Assembly (NCBI RefSeq): GCF_006345805.1
Contig: NC_043000.1
Location: 57,784,001 to 57,848,000, forward strand
From: Octopus sinensis
Lineage: Eukaryota
Direction: 5' to 3'
DNA: 64,000 nucleotides
A program made the translations under genes and the position numbers. The notes under the pieces were generated by a model. It was not told where the DNA came from. It did not search any database and saw only the letters and a program-made list of their open reading frames with translations. Below, piece by piece: positions 1 to 12,427 of this stretch; the first letter of the stretch is position 1; every line of letters begins with the position of its first letter.

Positions 1-547
1 TTTTAAAAAAAGAAACAATTATATCAAAGGAAAACTGAAATACTAGTAACCAGACATGTCACTGTTAATTTGGGATTGTAATTTGAAAGGCCATTGTATA
101 AAGGCTAATTAGAATTTAAATGTTTATAATTCAACTGTCATTGGGGCATCAGATATTGCTTGTAATTATCTTTGTCTCTTCTTAGCTATACCTAAACCAA
201 TATAAGATTTTTATAAGGAATCAAAATAGCAGTAGTTCAAATCTGGCACAGAAATATGTTAGGATTGCACTGTAACAGGTGGTAAGTGCATTTATGCTCA
301 AAACTACAGGTATGTCAGGGTCATAAAAGAACAGATCTTGCATGTACTGAATACTTTTGTCATCAGTCTGATAAGTTATCCCCTGGTTGATTACAGTTAT
401 ATCTCTAACATTATGAATATAAAATACTTTCAAATTTATTACATGTCATAGAGTGATAGGTCATTAGTCACATGTTGTGTAACTCGGAGATACATTTTGT
501 ATATAAAGAGTTTTGTTATTCAGGGTTTTTATAATTGAAAACTTACC

Positions 548-965
548 AGAGGTGCAGGTATTGCAGTGTGGCAGATGTTTGCTTCCCAACTACATGGTTT
601 TTGGTTCAGTTCTACTGCATGGCACTTTGGGAAAATGCCGTCTACTATAGCCCTGAGCAAACCAAAGCCTTATGAGTGAATTTTGAAGAATGAATCTCAA
701 AGAAGCCTGTTGTATATCTAAATGCATGTGTATGTGTATTAGTCTCCTTGTTGTAACTTCATGTGATAGTTGTAATGAATATCAGTGTCATTCAAGTAGT
801 GTTATTTGTTTTGAATCTTCCATGAAAACATATCTGGTTATGGGGAATAATACCTTACTTGGAAACAGGTGACGGTTGATAACAGAAAGAGTATCTAGCA
901 ATAGAAAATCTGCCTACCGACTCATGTGAGCATGAAAAAGCGGTTGTTAAATGATGATGATAATG
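548..965 (+). mobile_element. tRNA-derived SINE, decayed, with (ATG)n tail
   Basis: Head ggttcagttctactgcatggcactttggg (B-box-like), body shared with other SINE copies in the window, tail aaatgatgatgataatga. Confidence 0.75.
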
Positions 966-1026
966 ATTTTGATTTTTACTCACGCAAAATATATAATTCT
1001 TTTATTCTATTGAAATCTCAGTTGTA

Positions 1027-2056
1027 CAGGGTGCACCATAAAGAATTCTCAATTATTTAAATAAGCTTATTTTATTAAATTTAGTTAGAAATTGCACCAA
1101 AATAATTAAAATGTGCTCCTTGGCAGTCAATTGTTTATATACACTCCATTGTTTGTTTACATTCGGTGAATAAAATGTTTCAATATGGCAGCTAACAAGT
1201 GAAGTGAGACTGTAGCTCTGAAAAAAACAGGATAGTACCAAATATGTGGCATCAAGAGTTGGTGTTGATACCAAAACAGTCTATAATGCCATGAAACTCT
1301 ACAGTGAGACAGGTTCAATGGACAGCAAGCCTATTCCTGGTCAAAACAATTGGTGGATGTTGTTTGAAAGAGAGTGTTTCAAAATTCACGGTAGAGCATG
1401 TGGAAAATGACTAAAAGTCTTGATATCTTCCAGGCAACCCTGCGATGGGTCATGCAGGAAGACTTAAATTGTAAGCCATTAAAATTGCAATGCTGACACC
1501 TAATTTTTGCTGCTTCCAAAGCAAAGCAACTGAACAGATTCAAAAAAATGGCAGAGGAGATTCAGAGCACCAGTGACAATGTCTTCATCTGGTTGGATGA
1601 AAAGATGTTCACCATGGAGGCTGTAGTGAACACCCAGAATGACAGGATTTTGGCTACAGTTTGATGCTGTTCCCAAAGGTGCCCATAAGGCATTTCACTA
1701 AATGAAACCTACCAGAGTGTTGGTTTGGGCAGCAGTGTCATCCAATGGTGGAAAATCTCCTCTGGTTTGCATTAAAAGGATGGTGGGGGGGGGGAAGAAG
1801 TCAATTCAGCAATTTACAAATACATTTTGGAGAATACTGTTTTGCCATGGGTGACCAAAGCATTTGGAGATAATTATGTATTCACACAAGACGGTGCTCC
1901 TTCTCATACATCCAATGTGATACAGCAGTAGTGCAGGAGCCATTTCAGTGGTTCTGGGGCAAGAATGTGTGGCCCCGCTCCAGCCCAGATATCAACCCTA
2001 TAGACTTTGCTATTTGGTCCATCCTAGAAAGTGATGTTTCAAGAGTTTCCTATAAA
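1027..2056 (+). mobile_element. Decayed Tc1/mariner transposon, DD37D (maT-like); 3' end lost or interrupted by a SINE
   Basis: Starts TA|CAGGGTG at 1025-1033. Frameshifted translation gives VFIWLDEKMFTMEAVVNTQNDRI (D at 1596), VLVWAAVSSNG, YVFTQDGAPSHTS (D at 1890) and WPRSSPDINPIDFAIWSILE (D at 2003). Restoring one deleted base leaves 37 residues between the 2nd and 3rd D. Confidence 0.9.
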
Positions 2057-2385
2057 AAATCACCACTCAGATGCCCTTCCTGTTGCCAACCCACATCTGT
2101 TTCCAAGTAAGGTAATATTTTCCCATAAGCAGACATTTTCATGGAAAATACTGACATTCATTTACAACTATTGCATGAAGTCAAAGAAAGGAGACAGTAG
2201 CACACACACACATATATATACACAGGACAGGCTTCTTTCAGTTTCCATTTAACAAATCCACTCACAAGGCTTTAGCTGTCCTGGGGCTATAGTAAAAGAC
2301 ACTTATTCAAAATGTCATGTGATGGAACTGAACCAGAGACTGTGTGATTTGAAAGCAAACTTCTCACCACACAGCCATGCCTGTG
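2057..2385 (-). mobile_element. tRNA-derived SINE abutting the maT remnant
   Basis: Reverse complement of the SINE head/body (ctttcagtttcc...ccactcacaaggc...cacacagccatgcctg), plus the segment also seen at 820-900. Confidence 0.75.
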
Positions 2386-4024
2386 CTTGATATTTAATTT
2401 CGATTAGAACATACAAATGAGTTTTTTTTTTTTTTGCAATATTTTCACCCAACAACAGTGGTGTGCTTTATCATTTCCTTATTTATAGCTGAGTGCCTGA
2501 CTTACTGTATCTTTTCAATGGAGCATGTAAATTTGCATGAAGCTATCATTGAAATATTAAATCATTCTTTAAAAAAATTTTACAATGTGAAGATAAATGT
2601 TACTAAATTAGGGTAATTTTATATGTGGAACAGTACGAATGTTTTAACTATGGAAATTGAGAACCCAAAAGAAGTACTGTAACAGCACATGAAACATTGG
2701 ATTAATTAACACTAAGCATAGCATATCATAAAATTTGCTGATTTAGCATGCTATGTCATAAAAGTTTCCAATCTCCAGTCTGGACTGAATAAATGATAAG
2801 TAGATTAGCAGCTGGCTTTGTTCTGTGTTCTGAATTGTAGTGTGAAGGATATAAGATTGCATGATCATCATGCCTTTCTCAAGGATAATGACAATGATAA
2901 TACAAGTGAAGAGAAACAGCAACAAGCAAGAATTGTAACTAAGTTGCAAACTACAATGAAATGTTACTATTATTACTTAAATAAAATAATATAATAATCT
3001 GAGCTTGTAAGATTTATTTTTGAGACTTTGTAACTTAAACAAAATCTAGGGTTCTGGGACTACAAACAAAATATAGTGTGGACATCTCAGCATTACATAT
3101 CTAAATTATTTTAAAGCATACCATTGGAATTTTCATATCAGTGAAAGAGGAGGAATTGTGAGTTCTAACACTAAATACTTTTTTCAATGTAGCATAAGCA
3201 GAAGTAACTAGCTAAAAACCAGGTCACAGATTTAGTGTGCCGGGGGCCTTATTTTCTACTCATTAATGATTAATAATGAAATATAAAAGGATAGTTAATA
3301 GTGATGGTTGATATCAATGATATTCATTAAAAAGACTTCAGTGTATGGGAAATAAAACAGGAAAAAAGGTAAAAGAAACACAAGTTTCTGAGAGTATTAA
3401 GGTGTATAAGAAAAAAAAAGAAAGAAATAAAGAGAGGGAGAGAGGGGAAGAGAGAGAGAGAAAGGAGGGAGAAGAGCAAGAGAAAGATTCTAGAACATAT
3501 GCTGTAGATTCAATTTCTAATGGAAAAAGAACAAAAAAAAAAGACAATGGACATTAATAAAAAAGCTAAAGCAATTATAATTGTAATTAGGAATTTTTCA
3601 TATAATTATAATTAATATATATTATTATTCCCAATTATATGGAATATAATTATAAATATATGATTTATATATTATTTACTTCTCTGAAATATATATTACA
3701 TAATTATAAACATATAGTAAATGCCATGAATTATATAATTATGAATAATTCCCATATTCTTTTGTCTAACGTTAATTTTTTTGCCAGACCAGTGTATTTA
3801 ACATGTAATTGCTGTTTTGCCTGTGCTTGTCCTTCTGCTTGTTGCTTTATTAATTTACTTATCTATAGCCCATGGTATGAAATACTGTTTCCATGCTACA
3901 ATGAATACAATATTTCTCCTTTAAACAGATATTTTCTACTTCAGTTAGTTTACAATGAAGGAGTCTCTATGCGATTGATTGCTTAACCTATGTCTGCAAA
4001 AAAAAAGTCTAAGATGGATGGTCT

Positions 4025-4660
4025 TAGGCCTGGCTCTGTGGTAAGAAGCTTGCTTCCCAACCACATTGTTCTGAGTTCAGTACCACTGTGTGGCACCTTA
4101 GGCAAGTGTCTTCTATTATAGCCTCAGGTTAACCAAAACCTAGTGAGTAGATTTAACAGACAGAATCTGAAAGAGGCAGATTGTATATATATCTGTATGT
4201 TGGCTTCATGAGGTGAGATCTATAATAAAGATATAGTTTTCTCTGTACATATTTTTGGTTGTTAAATACTCTGATACTTGGATTTACCTGTCATGCATGA
4301 TGATTTATCTGGGATATGTATTCTACAAACATTTACTGATGTCTGATTGTTGAACATTGATAACCAAATTCTTTTAATACTGAGTGCTTTATTGATATCT
4401 GCCAGGAGTTTTTAAATTCTATTTCTTCTTTTAATTGTGTGTGTTTGTGTGTGTGTGTGTATTTCTGTCTGTGTTTGTTCCTCACCATCACTTGACAACT
4501 GGTATTGGTGTGATTATGTCACTCAACTTAGCGGTTTACCAAAAAGACCAATAGTATAAGCACCAGGCTTTAAAAAAAAAGTATGTGGATCGATTAGTTC
4601 AGTGCCCCAGCATGGCCACAGTCTAATGACTGAAACAAGTGAAAAACAAAGAAAAGACGA
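4025..4660 (+). mobile_element. tRNA-derived SINE, split into head (~4025-4190) and tail (~4440-4660)
   Basis: Head ggctctgtggtaagaagcttgc...gagttcagtacc; tail cagtgccccagcatggccacagtctaatgactgaaacaag. Confidence 0.65.
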
Positions 4661-5209
4661 CTGGAATGTTTTTGATCACAGGTTTCCTCAAATATGGTTG
4701 ATTTGGGGGTTAAACTATACTAATAACATTGACGACAGTTAGCACTGAAATCTCTATAATCCAATGATGGAGAGTCAATGCAATTGCTTCATATGCAAGA
4801 AATAGTAGTCCAATCTCCTTCATATCCAACTTTACTATCTTTAAACAAAGTAAGGATACATTCAATAATGTTGATCTTGATAAATATTGGTAGCATCACA
4901 GTTGGGATGCCTTTAATGATAGGTCAGCTTGGTTAGGGCTGACCTGAAGTGTAAACAACAACATTGGTTGTTGGTCTTGCACAATTGCCTGTTCTCATGC
5001 TGTTTCTAATGTTACCCTCCTTTCCTTCCTTTCATAAATGTTACCTCTATTTTACCTTCCCATTCTTGATTTTTAGATTTCTTATCAATTTCTAATTTTG
5101 CTACTCATTTGTTTCTTCAACAGTATTACTTACATATATTTTATTTTAAAAATTTATGGAGCAATAATGAAGGCAACCTACACAGGAGAATGGTCACTTA
5201 AAAATAAAA

Positions 5210-5254
<45 letters not shown>

Positions 5255-5266
<12 letters not shown>

Positions 5267-5600
5267 TTATTTATTTATTTATTTTATCTAGTTTCAGCTC
5301 AAGAACTGTGGCCATGCTGGGGCACTGCCATTTGGTGTTGCTACATGATTTTACTTCACAAATGCGTTTTAGCAATTGCCATTTGGTGCATGAGAGAATT
5401 CGATGCAGCTATCCTCATCTGCACCTCCTGCCGTGAAGTTGGTTCCTCTGGGACACCTGACAGGAAGAGATCCAGTTTTATTTTAAAGACATCTGCATTC
5501 ACCCCATGCAGGTCTCTCAGGTTCTTTGGGAGGATATTGAAGAGCTGTGGGCCTCTGAAGCCCAGGCTATCACAGTATCTTGTCCTACATCTTGATGGCA
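5255..5600 (-). mobile_element. 3' fragment of a CR1-like LINE (ORF2 C-terminus, 3' UTR, (TAAA)n tail)
   Basis: ORF 5356-5622 encodes GFRGPQLFNILPKNLRDLHGVNADVFKIKLDLFLSGVPEEP...AASNSL, typical of the CR1-group ORF2 end. A short UTR and (TAAA)n run into (TA)n. Confidence 0.8.
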
Positions 5601-5609
5601 ATAGACTGT

Positions 5610-5950
5610 GTTTCCTAATCACATGGTTCCAGGTTCAGTCCTACTGTGAGTCACCTTGGGCAAGTGTCTTCTACTGTAACTCTTGGCCGACCAAAGCCTT
5701 GTGAGTGGATTTGATAAACAGAAACTGAAAGAAACCCATCGTATGTGTATATCTATGTGTGTGTGTCTTTGTGTCTGTGTTTGTCCCCCACCATCGCTTG
5801 GCAACCGGTGTTAGTGTCTTTACATCCCTGTAACTTAGCCAAAAAGATTGATAGAATAAGCACTAGGCTTAGAAAAAATAAGTAATGAGGTCAATTCATT
5901 TAACTAAACATGGTCACAGTCTGATGACTGAAACAAGTAAAAGATAAAAA
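5610..5950 (+). mobile_element. tRNA-derived SINE, 5'-truncated, decayed
   Basis: ggttccaggttcagtcc...ccttgggcaagtgtcttc...(TG)n...gactgaaacaagtaaaag; colinear with the copy at 41337. Confidence 0.8.
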
Positions 5951-8900
5951 ATATCACAGAAGGGGAGAAAGAAGTTTTGGGACTAGGAAGAAATTCTTTT
6001 TATTGTGCCAGTTCCTCAATAAATCACCCTAAATGGTTTATCAGAGCTGCAAGGTTCTGTGGTAAGCATTCTCGCCAAACAAAAGATGTATAGTATAAAA
6101 AAATGCAAAGACATGGATGGCATGCCATTGTCTGTTCAGGACATGGTAGGGGTACAGAGATGTCACCAAATCCTGCCACCATGGCACATGAGTATAAATA
6201 TCACCAAGCAATAATGCCATTTGTTCTTGTCAGATAACTGATGTTAATGTCAGCATTATAAGAAGAACAGCAAGAGATGTTGGAGATGTCATACTGCTGC
6301 ATGTTATACACAGGAATTGAGAATATCTTCACAGATAGATTCTGTAGAGTACTCAGAGATACAAAACTCTGTAGGATTATTGTAGGATTATTGTAACTGA
6401 GAGAACTGTAGTACTGACTTCTGCTCAACACAGAAAATGTGAGGGTATGTAATAAAATGAATAAGATAAGTGAAATGGAAGGTTTCAATGCTAATGAAGT
6501 TATTTTAATGGTCATGTCAGAAAGAAATCAGTTAAAAATGTAAACGAACAGAGATTGGTATATGGAAAAGAAAGTTTGTATGCCATGCAGAGTAAATGAA
6601 TTTCACATTTTGGATCCTTCAAGTGAGAGAAGAGACGAAATGCTCACTTGAATATAAAATAGTAAATTTTGGGTTACAAACCATGAGAGATGGCATGTCT
6701 TTTAATGAATGAGAGAAAAATTTCAAAACTGAAAGGTATTTCCACAAAGATCAGTTTCCACACAGTATTAGAAGATGTATATGTGGACAAAGGTCAAGAA
6801 CATTGTACAGAGAACATATGGGCATGATTAAGAAATGACTTACTATATATATAAGCCATTAACTAAGGCTTTGACTGGAACAAATATTTCTAGATTTGAA
6901 GAGGTATAGTTGTAGAAAAAGAAATAGCTGATCAAGTAATGTGAAACAGAAAAGATTTGAAAAGGTATAAAAGAAAGCTATCTGATAATTACAAATTGAA
7001 TTTAGAAAGATATCCATATAGCTGATTTTTCTAAGCAATGAAAGAGAAAGATTTCTGATGTTGAGAAAAATAAAACTAGAAATGTAAAACATGCCATATT
7101 ACAAACAAGATTAGCAAGAGGAATGAAAGAAAAGTGTATCCATCATAGAAATTAATGTTTTGCTAACAGGCTGCTATTTAAGAGTTAGGAATGGAAAGAA
7201 GAGACAAGCTAGTCAAAGCAAAACAACCTAATCAAAGCAACAGAAAGAGACCAGCCATTGAAACTTGTTGAAAAATAGTGTGTGAAGTAATTATGAAAAT
7301 CAAGTAAAACAGAGAATTTCTGTTTCTATATATTATTTGTTTCTCATTGCAGAATCAATTGAGTATTCAAGAGTACTCTAATTAGTGTAGACTAATCAAG
7401 ACTTTGAAGGGATACAGTAAAATATCTGTAACTGTATATATTTGTACATTATGATGATGTTGACTAATAAAAATCTTGTATCAGTTATATTATAAGGAGA
7501 TTTTGACTGAGGTTTAAATTTAAATATAAACACTCTAGTACGGCTTTGGGTGGATTTGTATCAAAAGGGTTTAAAAAATAGTTTAAAATTAACACTGTCA
7601 AAACAAATGTTAATTGAAAATTTCCCAAACTCATTATTGTCAGAGAAAATGGCTATATTTAGTGTGGTGGAAAAGAATATTTAAGAAGTATAATCAACAG
7701 ATATACAAAAAGGAAGATCTCACATTGACTTGCAGAAATTTCATGTTGGAATCACATTATTTGTGCTGGAACAACTGATGGTTATGAGCAACCAAAGATT
7801 GAAGATTATGGTTGGCTTAGGCAATTGAATGGAACTATATGACTGAAATCTCTTTCAAAGGAAACCTATGTAATACATTAGGTGGATCCAGTAATGGCAT
7901 TGTGCTGATGGCAGGAAGAGGATGAACAGGCAACTGCTGCAGATTGAAATTTTCAGATGTTGAAAACTGATCTTTGATTTGTAATTATTAATTAAAGTTT
8001 GCCACTTGTATAGACCCAGTTCCAAACCTATACAATCAATCGCATTCCAGCAGCAACTAAACAGCCTATCTTTTCATTAAGATACAATGGATTTAGGACT
8101 AAATAATTCTAATATGTTCTTTCTTTTTTAAAAACAGTAGGGTGTAATTTGAGGATGACTTTGCTGCTAATTCTAGCAGGCCATGCAAACATGTAGTGGC
8201 TTCGTCAGTTGTTGTTTAGCCTCCAGGTCACCTCTGATAGAGCAGATCTTTGATGAGAGACATTCCAGCCATGACCATACTGTCATTTTCCACCTACAGG
8301 TCGAGCAATCACACTGGTTTGGAAATAGCTATTATTTGTTTCTGACTGTATATTCTATGTGAGTGCAGATTGTTCAAACATGCATAAGTTTCAAATCAAT
8401 ATAGAAAAATTCTGATGTGAATTTGTTGCTGATTATTAAATTTCGTGTTGAATTTTTGGATAAGCTTAATAATATAAAAGGAATTAAAGTAATGCATGTG
8501 TATGAGTTTTCTATGCTATATACAAATCTGGAAAAATTTAAATAGATATCAATAAAAAAAAAAGATTTTCCTGCAAGAGTTATATACACATATATATATG
8601 TATATATATTTAAATAAATAAATGTGTGTGTGTGTATGTATACACACACACATATAGGAAGAGAGAGTGGGAGAGGGATATATGTATATAAATGTGTTAG
8701 TATGTGTACATGTAAATGCCTGTATATGTATGCATATGAAAATTTGTAAGGATATATGAGTAGGAATGAATGTGGCTGCATATATGAATGCATGTGAGCA
8801 CATGTAAGTATAATGCTGATGTATTGAGCATTCCATGCTAGCTTAAAAGTGTATCTATACCAGTGTATCATTCCCTCCACCCTTGTTGAGTGTATATGTG

Positions 8901-10973
8901 TATGTAAAGTATGTAAGTATAAGGATGTGAATGAGTGAATTAGTGCAAGTGTAAAAGTTTGATATTGATTGTTCAATATTCCAGACAAACAAGACAACTA
9001 CCATACAGGATTATATTACTTGTACATATGTGTAATTAGTATCCATTTTCATAATTGTATGTGTGTGTGTGTGTGTGTACTTGAGTCTACCTTTTAGCTT
9101 GTCTTAGCTCATACACAATTCAGTACATTATAATTTTGCTTATATGGGAGAGGCCTCTTTTGATACAATTCATACTCACTGATAAGCCACTCATTTAGTA
9201 TACAATGTAGAACAAACTTAATTTCCACTAGCTCTCAGTGTTGTGTATGTTTGTATTGGAGTTGGAAGAAATCTTTCCGTATGAAATTTCTGTTCAACCT
9301 GAATTCCTTGCATCTATTACTTTAGCACACGCACACACACAAAACCCCAGCTGAACACATCAGTTTCAGGGAAGAAAAAAATACATTCAACAAACCTTTT
9401 TTTTATGTTTATAGTTTATAACATTGGTCATATGTGGTTTTATTTCTTTTTCTGCATTGATAAGGAGATCAAAGCATAATAGGGGTTACTATATCTCTGT
9501 TTGTTTTGTTTTATCTTCTATTATTACTGGAAATTGTTACCAACTGTTGAAACTTATGCCCAGTTTTCATAGCATTACTTTTGAAGATAATGTTAAGTTA
9601 CTACAGATTTAACCAACTACTTTCAAGAAGATTTCAGCATGCTATGTGAGCTGATGTATCTTCTCACATTTTAATTATACAACACCTCCAAATTGCATAA
9701 AACCTCAAGCTGTACAAGTCCATCCTAAATACTAATTTTCAGTTGAGCCACTTCACTGTAAATTTAGTGTTAAGAAACACAATATCATACTTGTAAAGGA
9801 GTCAATCTAGCACCATAATGAGTCAAGTAGCTGGTATGTTGTGAGTCAATATACAAGAGTGAAAAGTTAGTCCTATAAGTCTATCGAGTCAATAGGGACA
9901 CCACTGAAAGATTCAGTGTTCATGCTGTTACTGAGCAGAAAAGAAGCATCTTTTTTTAGTTGCTATCAATAACATAGTTAACTTTGTAGTGGTGATGTAA
10001 CTGTTTGGAAAAGCTATAAGATTCATAGCTATGGGATTATGAATGTGTATCTTTTTACAGATATTTCCATTATACCTTTCAGTAAGGTACCTGATTTTTT
10101 TAAGTGCTTCAAGTCATTTTGCAGAAAGACATCTTTACTGTGTGATGATAATTAAGATGCTTTCTTCATTTACCTGGATAATCAATTCCAGATATTCTAG
10201 AAAGTTAGCTGCTGTGATAGACAAGCACCTTAGCCAAAGCAAAATTTTTCTGATATCTTCTGCTTGTACTACAGGAACTGTCCATGTGAACCAGAATTTA
10301 GGATCAAGTTAAAATACATTCAAAGTAGTGATAAGTATAGCAGTAATGCAGCAAAGTGTCAACAAATCAAGTCATGACATGATTTCAATTCCAGCATCAG
10401 TAATACCCTTGGGGAAAGCAAATTCTTATTTTTGTCTAAATAAGTCAGATACTTCAAGCCAATGAACAAAATTGATATTATATTTTTGTTTTGGGGGGAA
10501 AAGTATAAATTTGTCAATTATTTTTTAAATATTTTAAAAATAAATTAGATTGCTATAGAATATACATTAATGAAATCACTAGGCTGGTTCTCAAAGAGTA
10601 ATAGAGAAGAGTTTTTAGTTGAATAAACTCTGCATAGTAAATAATTTGGTATCCAAAGCAGAGGATACACTCATGGTGAGCCTAGTTTTCAGCTCAGTTT
10701 TGATTTATTGGTGTAATGATTATAGTCTAATGCAATTATGAAAACTTGAAAGTCACAATATCCCACACAAATAAATTAGATGAATTTATTTTGCGTCAAG
10801 TAAAAAAAAAAAATCAACAAAACACAATCTCTGAGACACTTATTATGTATTTGTTGTATTACACTAAAAATGTTATCATAAACAATAAACAATGACAATG
10901 TTAGAGAATGAAGACTGGCTGATGACTGATGATCAAACAGAGTAGTGTGGTGAAAGATCTATGATGTATATAG

Positions 10974-11335
10974 ATTCACCTGGACTTATTCCGAATTTCC
11001 CAGCAATTTAAAGAAATGCAATGTTTGAACTATGAAGTGAACGTTATTGTAAGTCTGAGAGAAAATTTGTTGTTGTAGTTTTCTATTGAAGATGTTGCAA
11101 TGAATTTTAATTCCTGATGACTCATGTGATTTTAGGATCTCTAAAACTGGTTTGCTATTGTCATATTGGGCACAAATAAGGAATTGAACTTAGTACTACA
11201 AGCTAACAAAATATTGATTCACTATCTATTTACATTTAGGTAGACAAAGTCAGAAATATTAAGTGCTTTGGCCATGGACATAGATTAACATCAATAATAG
11301 GAAATGAACCACCAATACTTCAAATAGTTGCCTGA
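10974..11335 (+). CDS. Candidate last two coding exons (10974-11048 and 11240-11335) of an unidentified gene
   Basis: tag|75 nt|gtaagt and catttag|96 nt ending in TGA, joined in phase 0: IHLDLFRISQQFKEMQCLNYEVNVI+VDKVRNIKCFGHGHRLTSIIGNEPPILQIVA*. AATAAA follows near 11450. No homology recognised; first acceptor is weak. Confidence 0.3.
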
Positions 11336-12427
11336 TACCATATTAACTCAGCCGACTGTAGCTGTTGCCTAAAACTTGTTAAATATCCCAAGTTGTTGGA
11401 GTTTGAAAACCATTTTCACACTTCAGAGAGAAAATTCAGTTTATTTACTAATAAAAGAGTTCAGAAATAAACACTGAGAATGTTTGATAAAGGATTTTAA
11501 CTGAAAAAAAAAGTATCAATTCTTAAATGTGATTTGATGCTACTTCAAAAGAGGATAACCACTAAATTTCCACGTCTTACAAAATTGGTATTAATTACTT
11601 TAAGATAATAAAGAATTCACAACAAGCAGTAAAAAAAAGAAAAAAAAAACTACTGTAGAGAGTATCCAGTTTCATTCCTTAATGCTGGTACATTAATGAA
11701 CATTCATTTTATTTGCTTGCACTAAATGTCACAAAGGTGAGACAACCTTATCTCTCTTCTCTCCAGAGTGAATAAAAAATTAGTACTAGCTATTTATTTA
11801 CCCATGCAAAAAATGTCCCTTGTTCATGGTCGAAATATATTCGAATTAATAGCATAATTATCATTAATGTTCTAATTTCCTGAAATTAATACAATATGGC
11901 TATTCACATTCTATTACAGTGCTTTAGCTATTAGGGTGTATAATACAATATAAAAAGTCATTAGTTACCATATAATTATTATATTCCAAAGGGTAATAAT
12001 AATTTTTCTTACAGTAACAGTTTGATGTATATATATGTACATATAATATAATACTATTCATGTGTGAAAGCATAAACAAAAGCAGTGAAATATGTACAAA
12101 ACAACACAACTATATTTTGAGTACATTAGTACTCAAATTGTAGTGATACATCAATACACACACACATGTTGATATATCACATGTAAACATAACATAGACA
12201 GTGAACAAATGCAGGAAATTATGGACTATTTTGTGGTATGAACTATTAAATAATTTAAAGCAGTGATTTGTTTAGTGCTTAACAATAGAATATTTTGAAG
12301 TTCGATTTTCTTTATTTTTAACATCATCGTTTAAAACATTTTTATCTTCAATTTTGTTTTTGATTACTTTTGTTGTAATTCATTAAATGAAAAGTTAACA
12401 GGCTATTTGTGTGTCTCATGTATATAG

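Noticed and set aside
6200-7300. Purine-rich, coding-looking stretch (similar at 40050-40750)
   Set aside because: Probably very old LINE remnants; no motif is clear enough to call.
8374-8997. Longest ORF in the track (207 aa)
   Set aside because: It is the translation of (TA)/(TG)-rich low-complexity sequence, as are most I/Y/H/T-rich ORFs listed.
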